The notes under the pieces were generated by a model that saw only the letters and a list, made by a program, of their open reading frames with translations, searched no databases and was not told where the DNA came from. From a virus: a DNA stretch of 64,000 bases. Where the stretch lies: IMG/VR virus record IMGVR_UViG_3300045988_131126. One strand, 5' to 3'. The first letter of the stretch is position 1; each line of letters begins with the position of its first letter. Of the stretch, positions 46,197 to 54,775 are shown piece after piece. A program made the translations under genes and the position numbers.

Positions 46197-46270
46197 AATT
46201 TAATTTCTCCTTTATTAAATATATTTATATGTGTAAATCACAATTATAATATACAATAAAAGCAAAAATT

Positions 46271-46300
46271 ACCCAAGATACTATATATAGTATCTTGGGT
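46271..46300 (-). terminator. hairpin terminator immediately after 46308..47369
   Basis: ACCCAAGATACTATATATAGTATCTTGGGT, then AATTTTTGCTTTT on the minus strand. Confidence 0.55.
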
Positions 46301-46307
46301 TTTTATA

Positions 46308-47369
46308 TTATACATTGAAACAAAAGCACACACCATAGCCATAGCCGGCGCCGGTGTAATCGTGGGTACCGTATATAGTGACATCACAGAAACAGTCGGG
46401 GTTGTTTCCGCAAATAGGCGAACGAAGCCACCATTGATAAGCATCTCCACTACCATTATTCATTTTCTTTATTCTAGAATTATCATTTGTGAATATAGGA
46501 AATTTTTTCTGGTTTTTCTCAGTTTCAGATTGATCTGGTTTATAATTTTTACCAAACATTTCTGTCATACCAGGTAAAAATACTTTATCTTTAGATAATA
46601 ACCCTGTACTAGAAGATGAACTGCCCAAACCTTGATTGGCATATGTGTTTACTTCTTTAATATAAGACTGTAAATCAGAAGGTATACTATTATAAATATT
46701 AACCATAACAGTTTTCTTCATAGCTGTATTATTCCAACCTCCAGAGTTAGTATGAGAACTATTCATGTATTGTCCATCTTTCATTAAATTTTTCATTCCA
46801 AATACTATACCTGCTTTACCACCACCATCGGATTTATCAAAATGATTAAAATCCCATATTTGTAATGTAATAGTTTCATTAAAAGTACCACTAAGCGTTA
46901 AATCTATTTCATCTCCAACTTTCCATATAGAAGAAGCTATACCAGCTTCAGAAGCAGTATTTATTTGTTCCCATGTATTATTCTTTAATATAGAGTCTAT
47001 GCCATAAAATGTATTTTCAACAATCATATTTATATTATTATTACATAATTTATTAGTATCGTATGCAAAAAATCTATAATAATATTTTTTGTTTTTAATT
47101 ACATCACTATCTGAGCATGTGGTTCCATTTCCACTATATATAGTATTCCCATCTTTAATACTCGTCGGATAACGGCTTTCATTTCTTACTATTATTACAT
47201 GATCAAATGTAGATAGCGTAGTTCCGTCTATAACTACATTAGATGGATTAGTCCATGATAATATAATAGAAGAAGCATTTTGAGAAGCTTTTATATTAGT
47301 AACTTCTCCCGGCCCTATTCCTTTATTATTAGAAGAACTAATATTATTTCCTTTTAATATAATACTCAT
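46308..47369 (-). CDS. DGR-target family paralog with a GC-rich VR-like tail
   Basis: 353 aa, ending in QWWLRSPICGNNPDCFCDVTIYGTHDYTGAGYGYGVCFCFNV. Confidence 0.85.
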   Translation of the reverse strand: MSIILKGNNISSSNNKGIGPGEVTNIKASQNASSIILSWTNPSNVVIDGTTLSTFDHVIIVRNESRYPTSIKDGNTIYSGNGTTCSDSDVIKNKKYYYRFFAYDTNKLCNNNINMIVENTFYGIDSILKNNTWEQINTASEAGIASSIWKVGDEIDLTLSGTFNETITLQIWDFNHFDKSDGGGKAGIVFGMKNLMKDGQYMNSSHTNSGGWNNTAMKKTVMVNIYNSIPSDLQSYIKEVNTYANQGLGSSSSSTGLLSKDKVFLPGMTEMFGKNYKPDQSETEKNQKKFPIFTNDNSRIKKMNNGSGDAYQWWLRSPICGNNPDCFCDVTIYGTHDYTGAGYGYGVCFCFNV

Positions 47370-47417
47370 AATATATCCTCCTTTGTGTGAGGACTATAAA
47401 AGATATATTATGAGAAA

Positions 47418-48497
47418 TTATACATTAAAACAAAAACATACACCACCAGAAACGTCTGCATTATAACCATGCACATACCCTGCGCCATTATAAAACATAT
47501 TTCCATCATAGTCTACAAATATAACTATATTTGTCTCGTTTTCTTCCGTAGATCTTAAAAACCAATCGTTATTGACACCAGATCGTTTTTTTATTCTAGA
47601 ATTTTTATCTGTGAATATAGGAAATTGGGTCTGTCCAGCTTCTGTGTTATATTGTTCAGAAGACCATTTTCCGAATACTTCTATAGATCCTGGTATAAAT
47701 ACTTTATCTTTTGATAAAGTTCCTTTTTCAACTTTACCTACATAGGTATAATTTTCATTAGCATATGTATTGACTTTTTTTAATACATTTTGCAAATCTA
47801 TAGGCATACTGGAGATTATTTTAGGTATATAAGTTGTTCTCATCGTACACGAACTCCAATAAGGATATTCTAAGCAATTCTCTTCTTTCATTAAGTTCTT
47901 CATACCAAATACTATACCTGCTTTTCCACTACCATCAGATTTATCAAAATGATTAAAATCCCATATCTGTAAAGTAATAGTTTCATTATATGTACCAGAT
48001 AAAGTAATATCTATTTCATCCCCTATATTCCATATAGAAGAAGCTATACCTGACTCACTAGCAGCTGCTATTTGTTCCCATGTATTATTCTTTAATATAG
48101 GATCAAATTCTACTACAGCAGCGCTATATATCATACCACTATCATTATTATATATTTTATCAGTATTACAAACAAAAAATCTATAATAATAAGTATCTAT
48201 CTCTAAATTATTATCAGTATATTCAGTATTTTTATATTTATTTTTCTCTGTAGTTTCTAATACTATATCTCCATCTTTAATACTTGTAGGAATTGATCCT
48301 TTTTTACGTACTAATGTAGTAGATTGCCATGTAGATAATGTTTTATCTCCAATTACTACATCATCAGGATCTGTCCATTTAATGGTTACTTTTTTATTTC
48401 CGCCTTTGATAGTTACATTAGTTACATTTCCCGGAGGATATCCTTTGGATGATCCTCCTCCACTTGAACTATCTATTCTTTTTATTAAAACGCTCAT
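47418..48497 (-). CDS. DGR-target family paralog with a degenerate, AT-rich C-terminal domain
   Basis: 359 aa, ending in NDWFLRSTEENETNIVIFVDYDGNMFYNGAGYVHGYNADVSGGVCFCFNV. No TR similarity. Confidence 0.85.
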   Translation of the reverse strand: MSVLIKRIDSSSGGGSSKGYPPGNVTNVTIKGGNKKVTIKWTDPDDVVIGDKTLSTWQSTTLVRKKGSIPTSIKDGDIVLETTEKNKYKNTEYTDNNLEIDTYYYRFFVCNTDKIYNNDSGMIYSAAVVEFDPILKNNTWEQIAAASESGIASSIWNIGDEIDITLSGTYNETITLQIWDFNHFDKSDGSGKAGIVFGMKNLMKEENCLEYPYWSSCTMRTTYIPKIISSMPIDLQNVLKKVNTYANENYTYVGKVEKGTLSKDKVFIPGSIEVFGKWSSEQYNTEAGQTQFPIFTDKNSRIKKRSGVNNDWFLRSTEENETNIVIFVDYDGNMFYNGAGYVHGYNADVSGGVCFCFNV

Positions 48498-48518
48498 AGA
48501 GTAATTTACTTCCTTTCC

Positions 48519-48646
48519 AATGTGGGGAGCACAAACAAAATCAGTAATTACCCTCTATATAACAAGTTTATTTATAAACTTGTTATATAGAGGTCTTTTT
48601 AACGTATATGAACGTATTACTATAAAATTATATAACTTTTGTCCCC
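48519..48646. promoter_or_regulatory. divergent control region: central 42-bp palindrome flanked by TCCCC motifs on each side
   Basis: Palindrome 48552-48593 (CCTCTATATAACAAGTTTATTTATAAACTTGTTATATAGAGG). CTCCCCACATT (reverse complement) at 48519-48529. TTGTCCCC at 48639-48646. Confidence 0.55.
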
Positions 48647-48662
48647 GGAACAGGAGTATATA

Positions 48663-49757
48663 ATGAGTATTTTAATAAAAGGAATAAGCAACTCAAGTGG
48701 ATCATCTAAAGGGTTTCCTGTAGGAAATGTAACCAATGTATCTATATATTATTTAAATAGTAAAGTATATATTAAGTTTTCTGATCCGAATAATACCGTA
48801 GAAAATAATATTACTTTATCCACTTGGTATAGTACTATTATAGTAAGAAAAGAAAATAGTATTCCTACTAATATTAAAGATGGAGATATAATATTAGAAA
48901 ATATTATTAAAGATAAATACAAAGAAACTGATTTTATCGATACAAATATAGAGATCAATCGTACTTATTATTATAGATTTTTTGTTTGCAATACTGATAA
49001 AATATATAATAATAGTAGCGATATGATATATAAAGTAGAAACAAAAAATATAGATAGTAATATAAAAAACAATACATGGGATCAGATAAGCAAAGTTTCA
49101 GAATTAGGCTTAGCTTCTTCTATATGGAAAGTTGGGGATGAAATTAATATTAAATTATCTGGTACATATAATGAAACTATTACTTTACAAATATGGGATT
49201 TTAATCATTTTGATAAAAGTGACGGTAGCGGTAAAGCAGGTATAGTATTCGGAATGAAAAACTTAATGAAAAATACAGATTATATGTCTAAAACTGCAGG
49301 ATATGGAAATGAGGACGGATGGGGAAGCTCATATATGAGAAAAACTGTAATGAATAAAATATATCAATCTATGCCAGATGAAATAAAACCCAAAATTAAA
49401 CAAGTCCATATAGAATCAACAAGAGGCGGCAGTACAGGGGAAGGCGCAGGTATTGGTGTACCTACAGATGACTATATATTTTTACCGGGAAAATGTGAAG
49501 CTTGCTATAGTAAGTCTGAATCGCAGTCAAATTTCCAAAAACGATTCCCTATATTTACAGATGATAGTTCTAGAATAAAGAAATTATCCAATGGTAGCAA
49601 AGCCGTTGAAAGCTGGTGGGTGAGGGATGCTGATGATAGTTATTACACGGCCTATAATTGCATAACAACTGCGGGAAGTACGTCTACAATGTATGGAAAT
49701 CCAAATGGATCTTTTACTGCGTATAAAGCAGGTGTTTGTTTTTGCTTTAATATATAA
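48663..49757 (+). CDS. DGR-target family paralog (plus strand) with a non-TR-like C-terminus
   Basis: The ORF track starts at TTG 48639. ATG 48663 follows CAGGAG and gives MSILIKG, like the other paralogs. Ends in SWWVRDADDSYYTAYNCITTAGSTSTMYGNPNGSFTAYKAGVCFCFNI. Confidence 0.8.
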   Translation: MSILIKGISNSSGSSKGFPVGNVTNVSIYYLNSKVYIKFSDPNNTVENNITLSTWYSTIIVRKENSIPTNIKDGDIILENIIKDKYKETDFIDTNIEINRTYYYRFFVCNTDKIYNNSSDMIYKVETKNIDSNIKNNTWDQISKVSELGLASSIWKVGDEINIKLSGTYNETITLQIWDFNHFDKSDGSGKAGIVFGMKNLMKNTDYMSKTAGYGNEDGWGSSYMRKTVMNKIYQSMPDEIKPKIKQVHIESTRGGSTGEGAGIGVPTDDYIFLPGKCEACYSKSESQSNFQKRFPIFTDDSSRIKKLSNGSKAVESWWVRDADDSYYTAYNCITTAGSTSTMYGNPNGSFTAYKAGVCFCFNI

Positions 49758-49857
49758 TTTTATATCACAGGTATCTAATGTTAGATACCTGTGGTTTTCT
49801 TTTCTTAAACATTATAGTAAGATTTAAAATTTTATTTAAGAAAGGAAATAGATAATC

Positions 49858-51075
49858 ATGGCAATGGAAAATAGATTTGCTTATAGAAACGCCGGTACTG
49901 AAAAAGCTCCAGTATGGCAAGAGTGGCTCGCCGCTACAGTTGCTGACTATGTATTTATGGATGCAACCGGTGATAAAAATATTAAAACATATGTAGACGA
50001 GAAGATTGCTGCACTTATCGGTGGAGCTACACCTGAAACTCTCGATACACTTTCTGAGATTGCTACATGGATTGAATCTCATAAAGAAGTTTCTGATGCT
50101 CTTAATGAAGCAATTACAAAGAAAGCTGATAAAGATCATAGACATGATAATGCTACTGCTTCTGCAGATGGATTTATGTCTAAAGAAGATAAAACTAAGT
50201 TAGATGGTATTGAAGAGGGTGCTAATAAATATACTCATCCAGCAACTCATGCTGCAACAATGATCGTTGAAGATGATAACCATCAGTTTATTACCAAAGC
50301 TCAGAAAGAACAGCTTACAGGTAATATTACTTATACAAATGCTACGCCTATCGTATCTGCTCATGGCGGAGTAGCTGTAGGTGATACATTTGATAATGTA
50401 CCTATCTCTAAAGTACTTGATAAAATCTTATATCCGTATGTAGCACCAGTAGTATCTGCATCTGCAGCTCCTGCTAATGGTGGTACATATGAAATTGGTG
50501 TTGGAACAACTGTTACTTCTGTAACTGCTAACGTTACAAAGAAAGCTAGAACCATCACTAAGGTAGAAGTATTTGGTTCTGACAGTGCTACTGCTCTTGC
50601 TACTAAGACAGATAGTGTTGCTAATGGCGGTGCATTTAAACTTGAGTTTACTAAAGAACTTAAAGCTGCAGCTGCTAACGGAACTAGATTTACTGTAAAA
50701 GTAACTGATTCTGATAATAAAGTAACTTCTGCTAATACAGGTACATTTAGTCTTGTATATCCATTCTATCAGGGTGTTGTTGCTGCTGGCGCTACTGTTG
50801 ATGCAGCTGCAGTTAAAGCTCTGACTAAGAAAGTTGAAGTTAAGGGCAATAAGAAATGGGCTTATACAGCAGCTAACCAGAAAATGGTATTTGCTTATCC
50901 TGCATCTTATGGTAACCTTACAAAGATCTTTGATGCAAATAACTTCGATGTAACTGGTACATTTACTAAGTCTACAGTAAACGTTTCCTGTGCTGATGGA
51001 ACTTCTGTAGCTTATAATGTATATGTAAATAGTGCATCTACAGTATCTGGATTTAATATGGATTTCAGATTCTAA
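49858..51075 (+). CDS. tail fibre protein (cassette A, member 1)
   Basis: GANKYTHPATHAATMI repeat. The C-terminal part (HGGVAVGDTFDNVPISKVLDKILYPYVAPVVSASAAPANGGTYE...) parallels 54776..56428. Confidence 0.7.
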   Translation: MAMENRFAYRNAGTEKAPVWQEWLAATVADYVFMDATGDKNIKTYVDEKIAALIGGATPETLDTLSEIATWIESHKEVSDALNEAITKKADKDHRHDNATASADGFMSKEDKTKLDGIEEGANKYTHPATHAATMIVEDDNHQFITKAQKEQLTGNITYTNATPIVSAHGGVAVGDTFDNVPISKVLDKILYPYVAPVVSASAAPANGGTYEIGVGTTVTSVTANVTKKARTITKVEVFGSDSATALATKTDSVANGGAFKLEFTKELKAAAANGTRFTVKVTDSDNKVTSANTGTFSLVYPFYQGVVAAGATVDAAAVKALTKKVEVKGNKKWAYTAANQKMVFAYPASYGNLTKIFDANNFDVTGTFTKSTVNVSCADGTSVAYNVYVNSASTVSGFNMDFRF

Positions 51076-51130
51076 TTAATCCTATTTATGAAGATTTATA
51101 ACAATAAATTTTGAAAGTGAGGAAAATAAC

Positions 51131-52180
51131 ATGGCTTTTGCTGATAAAAAAGGTATTGCTTTAGCTGGTGGTTTTAAACTTCAGGCGGAATCTCCACTTG
51201 ATGCCAGACAGCAGGTAGATACTATTGAAGAAAGAGACGAACTTGTTACATTACATGCTGCCTGGGAAGGTATGCAGGTTTATGTAAAAGCTGATAAGAA
51301 AACTTATGAATACCATGGAGCAGATGGTTGGTCTGCAACAGTAACTGGTGTTGCATATGTTCATCCTACAACTGCTGGTAATAAACATATTCCAGCTGGT
51401 GGTGCTACAGGAAATATCCTTGGGTATGCTGCTGATGGTACTGCTAAATGGTTAGCTCCAGACAAGACTACTGTAGGTCTTGATAAAGTAGACAATACAT
51501 CCGATAAGGATAAACCTGTATCCACAGCTCAGAAAGCTGCTCTCGATAAGAAAGTAGATAAAGTTGAGGGTAAAGGATTATCTGCAAATGATTACACAGA
51601 TGAGGAAAAAGCTAAATTAGCAGGTATCGAAGATAATGCTAATAATTACGTTCATCCGGAAAATCATCCAGCATCTATGATTACTGAGACTGAGACTCTT
51701 AAAGTAATGACAGCTGCTGAGAGAACTAAACTTAAAGGCATCGAAGAGGGTGCTAATAAGTATACACATCCAGCTAGTCATCCAGCAACAATGATCACAG
51801 AAGATGCTACTCATAGATTCTTAACAGATGATGAGAGAACAAAACTTGAGGGCATTGAAGCTGGTGCTAATAAATATACTCATCCAGCAACTCATTCTAT
51901 CGATATGATTACTGAGACTGAGACTCTTAAAGTAATGACAGCTGCTGAGAGAACTAAACTTAAAGGCATCGAAGAGGGTGCTAATAAGTATACACATCCA
52001 GCTAGTCATCCAGCAACAATGATCACAGAAGATGCTACTCATAGATTTGCTACAGATACAGAAAAGACTGCATGGAATGCTAAAGCAGATGTATTATTTG
52101 CTGATGAAGCTCCTGCTACAGCTCCTGCTGGTGCTATTCTGTATTGTACAAAACGTCTTGCAGCTGCTGCTAAATCTTGA
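51131..52180 (+). CDS. tail fibre protein (cassette A, member 2) with an internal 76-aa duplication
   Basis: The N-terminus MAFADKKGIALAGGFKLQAESPLDARQQVDTIEERDELVT..AAWEGMQVYV is shared with 53611..54756 and 56529..58109. GANKYTHPxxHxxxMIT repeats. Confidence 0.7.
   Translation: MAFADKKGIALAGGFKLQAESPLDARQQVDTIEERDELVTLHAAWEGMQVYVKADKKTYEYHGADGWSATVTGVAYVHPTTAGNKHIPAGGATGNILGYAADGTAKWLAPDKTTVGLDKVDNTSDKDKPVSTAQKAALDKKVDKVEGKGLSANDYTDEEKAKLAGIEDNANNYVHPENHPASMITETETLKVMTAAERTKLKGIEEGANKYTHPASHPATMITEDATHRFLTDDERTKLEGIEAGANKYTHPATHSIDMITETETLKVMTAAERTKLKGIEEGANKYTHPASHPATMITEDATHRFATDTEKTAWNAKADVLFADEAPATAPAGAILYCTKRLAAAAKS
51677..52047 (+). repeat. perfect 143-bp direct repeat (51677-51819 and 51905-52047) inside a tail fibre gene
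   Basis: The two copies were read as identical. The offset is 228 bp (76 codons). Confidence 0.85.
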
Positions 52181-52215
52181 GAAGCATTTCGTAGTTACAG
52201 ATTAAAATAAATATT

Positions 52216-52240
52216 CCCGTATAGCATAATGCTATACGGG
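52216..52240. terminator. bidirectional hairpin terminator between convergent fibre clusters
   Basis: CCCGTATAGCAT-A-ATGCTATACGGG, then ATTCTTTTT. Confidence 0.6.
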
Positions 52241-52251
52241 ATTCTTTTTGT

Positions 52252-53187
52252 TTATAGCGGCTTCCATGAATCATTTACTTTTGTATAAGCAGAAGTGATT
52301 TGTTTCCATGAACCATTTACTTTTATATACATAGCTGAAGCAGTTTTAATAGATCCACCAACTTTTATCTTTAGGTTTGGACACACTTGGCAATCTATAA
52401 CTGTTATACGGCAATATCCATTCCCAGCATGACCTGTTTCCGAGCTTCCTGTAGGGCTTGTAAATGAAGTCCCTCCATTTTTCATAGATGCACTAGCTAA
52501 ATAATCATCTGCTGTTAAAAGACATCCAGAAGGATAATTTCCTTTGGTACTACTTGTGTAGATATATCCAGAACCACCAGCTCCACCTTTATCATCGTCA
52601 CCTGAACCGTCTGGATATGATCCACCACCGCCATACCATCCGCCACCTCCGGCTCCAGCGTAACCAGAAGCGTAATAAGTTCCTTTACCACCAGCTCCAA
52701 ATGATCCTGGATTTCCAGAACCACCTGAGCCACCAGCCTTTTGTGTACCTCCGCCTCCGGCAGTACCATATCCATTACTTGGTGATTGTCCAGTGTCACC
52801 ACCGCCATATCCACCTTGGCTAGATGATGCTCCATCGGATCCACCACCACCAGCTACAATTACTCTTGCATATAACGAATCTTTTCTTAAGCGGATATCG
52901 GATCCACCACCTCCACCATTATATGTCTCTCTAGATCCACCACCATTGAATCCACCACTGGTTTTACCAGTATTACCTGCGCCACCAGCGTATACATATA
53001 CAGTAGTTTTAGATTTTAAAGTTAGAGTACCAACAGAATATCCACCCATTCCACCATATGATGATGAAGATCTATATCCACCTTGAGCACCCCATACTTC
53101 TAATTTATAAGTACCCTTCGGCAAAGTTACTGTTTGAACTTTACCTGTATATGCAAAATTTAGTTTATCGCCTTTTTTAATAGCCAT
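52252..53187 (-). CDS. glycine-rich domain protein
   Basis: YKLEVWGAQGG...GGMGGYSVG...VYAGGAGN...GGGGGSDIRL...VIVAGGGGS...GGAGGSGYIY. Locally GC-rich. Confidence 0.7.
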   Translation of the reverse strand: MAIKKGDKLNFAYTGKVQTVTLPKGTYKLEVWGAQGGYRSSSSYGGMGGYSVGTLTLKSKTTVYVYAGGAGNTGKTSGGFNGGGSRETYNGGGGGSDIRLRKDSLYARVIVAGGGGSDGASSSQGGYGGGDTGQSPSNGYGTAGGGGTQKAGGSGGSGNPGSFGAGGKGTYYASGYAGAGGGGWYGGGGSYPDGSGDDDKGGAGGSGYIYTSSTKGNYPSGCLLTADDYLASASMKNGGTSFTSPTGSSETGHAGNGYCRITVIDCQVCPNLKIKVGGSIKTASAMYIKVNGSWKQITSAYTKVNDSWKPL

Positions 53188-53546
53188 TATTCATACACCA
53201 CCCATATATCTCCATTTACCCCATCTGAAGATGATGGAGCTGATGTAGAGACAGTAATATTTCTAATTTGACTAGAATTTGTATTACTTTGATAAGATGA
53301 AACTTTTCCACTTACAATAGGTCTATTTGATAAATTATTATAATCAGATACAACTTTTATTGTCGTTGCAGTACCATTTACAGTTATATATCCACTTGTA
53401 TTAAGTCCAAGTGTAGGAGTTTTTCCTTCTGCTACTATACCTGTGTCTGTTCCATTAATGATCCAATGTTTTGTATTGTCATCTATCGATATACTAGGAG
53501 TAGTACCTGCTCCTGCTATCATTTCAGCTCCTTGATAAAGTCCCAT
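53187..53546 (-). CDS. small tail-fibre-associated protein
   Basis: 119-aa ORF sharing one base with the start of the glycine-rich gene. Ends in GVNGDIWVVYE. Confidence 0.55.
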   Translation of the reverse strand: MGLYQGAEMIAGAGTTPSISIDDNTKHWIINGTDTGIVAEGKTPTLGLNTSGYITVNGTATTIKVVSDYNNLSNRPIVSGKVSSYQSNTNSSQIRNITVSTSAPSSSDGVNGDIWVVYE

Positions 53547-53610
53547 GTTATTTTACCTCCTTTAAATTACACCTGGAATATATCATTATTATATTCCAGG
53601 TATTTTATTT

Positions 53611-54756
53611 TTAATCATTTCTCACAATTGCTTCTATAGGTATATTAATACTTGGTTTATCTCCATATGCTTTAAGTGTAACGCTATTTGCAGCTTGTGT
53701 ACCATTTACGATACCAGCAGCCATCCAAGCTTCTACTTGAGCATTTGTGGCAGAACCTGGTATTAATATTTCTACATTATTAGATGTAGTTACGCCGTTA
53801 ATACTTAACGTGATAGTGTATGGTGCACTAGACCCAGACCAAGAACTTGCATTCATAGTAGCAGAAACTTTAGAAGATTTATTGACTTTTGCACCCAATA
53901 AAGCATTAGTTTTACTACTAGAATATGCAGTACTTGTACTTGATATAGAATCGTTTATAATTGTAGCAGAATCGAAATCGTCTGTTACATAATAATATTT
54001 ATTAGGATCGTAAGTGTTATTGGCTAATAACTTATTATATTCTACTCTTGTAATTGATATAGCATCGGATGGAACATCACCCCATACAGCTGTACCATCA
54101 GCACTCCATCTAAGAACTTTTCCTGAGGAACCACCAGATGGAATATGCTTATTGCCAGAAGATGTAGGATGAGTATATTTATTAGCACCACTTGCTATAC
54201 CATCTAATTTGGTTTTATCTGCGGCTGTCATAAGACCATGCGCTGATGTAGTGGCGTCGTTATAAGTAGTGTCTGTTGGTTTAGCCCAAACATTATCTCC
54301 TCTTAAGAATAACCCTTGTGCTCCTTTAGCAGGTGCTGGTACTAAACCTGTACCACCAGCAGCATCAGCAGTAGCTGCTTTAAATACTCCATATTTAGTA
54401 TCAGAACCAGGTATACCTAATGCTGTAATATCTGCTTTTGTAACTGCAGTAGCAGCACTTACATGTCCTGTACCATCTACTGTTACTTTATATAATCCTG
54501 ATGCTCTAGCTGTATAAGTAGGGTGAGTATACATCGAACCAGCCAATACTGGAGTCCATGTAGTTCCCCCTCTATATTCATAAGTTTTCTTATCAGTTTT
54601 TACATATACATGCATACCTTCCCAGGCGGCATTAATAGTAACAAGCTCGTCTCTTTCTGTTATAGTATCTACAACTCTTCTTAAATCAAGCGGACTCTGA
54701 GCTTGATACTTGAATCCGCTTGCGAGAGAGATACCGGTTTTACTAGAAAATCCCAT
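53611..54756 (-). CDS. tail fibre protein (cassette B, member 2)
   Basis: Shared N-terminal anchor (MGFSSKTGISLASGFKYQAQSPLDLRRVVDTITERDELVT) and shared C-terminal knob (..INGVTTSNNVEILIPGSATNAQVEAWMAAGIVNGTQ..IPIEAIVRND). Confidence 0.7.
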   Translation of the reverse strand: MGFSSKTGISLASGFKYQAQSPLDLRRVVDTITERDELVTINAAWEGMHVYVKTDKKTYEYRGGTTWTPVLAGSMYTHPTYTARASGLYKVTVDGTGHVSAATAVTKADITALGIPGSDTKYGVFKAATADAAGGTGLVPAPAKGAQGLFLRGDNVWAKPTDTTYNDATTSAHGLMTAADKTKLDGIASGANKYTHPTSSGNKHIPSGGSSGKVLRWSADGTAVWGDVPSDAISITRVEYNKLLANNTYDPNKYYYVTDDFDSATIINDSISSTSTAYSSSKTNALLGAKVNKSSKVSATMNASSWSGSSAPYTITLSINGVTTSNNVEILIPGSATNAQVEAWMAAGIVNGTQAANSVTLKAYGDKPSINIPIEAIVRND

Positions 54757-54775
54757 ATCTACAATTCTCCTTTAT

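Noticed and set aside
47418-49757. Whether the 47.4-kb and 48.7-kb paralogs are additional DGR targets.
   Set aside because: Their C-terminal coding DNA is AT-rich. It lacks the CGTTCGCCT boundary (WFLRSTEEN / WWVRDADD instead of W.RSP), shows no alignable similarity to the TR, and has no IMH-like end.
51617-52042. Two similar minus-strand ORFs (51617..51814 and 51821..52042).
   Set aside because: They are mirror images of the 143-bp direct repeat inside the plus-strand fibre gene and are not independent genes.
52515-53086. Three long ORFs (52515..52850 -, 52554..52823 +, 52793..53086 +) overlapping the glycine-rich gene.
   Set aside because: They are an artefact of GGN-codon repeats in a GC-rich island, which removes stop codons from other frames. 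The 52252..53187 frame has an RBS, start coupling and a coherent domain pattern.
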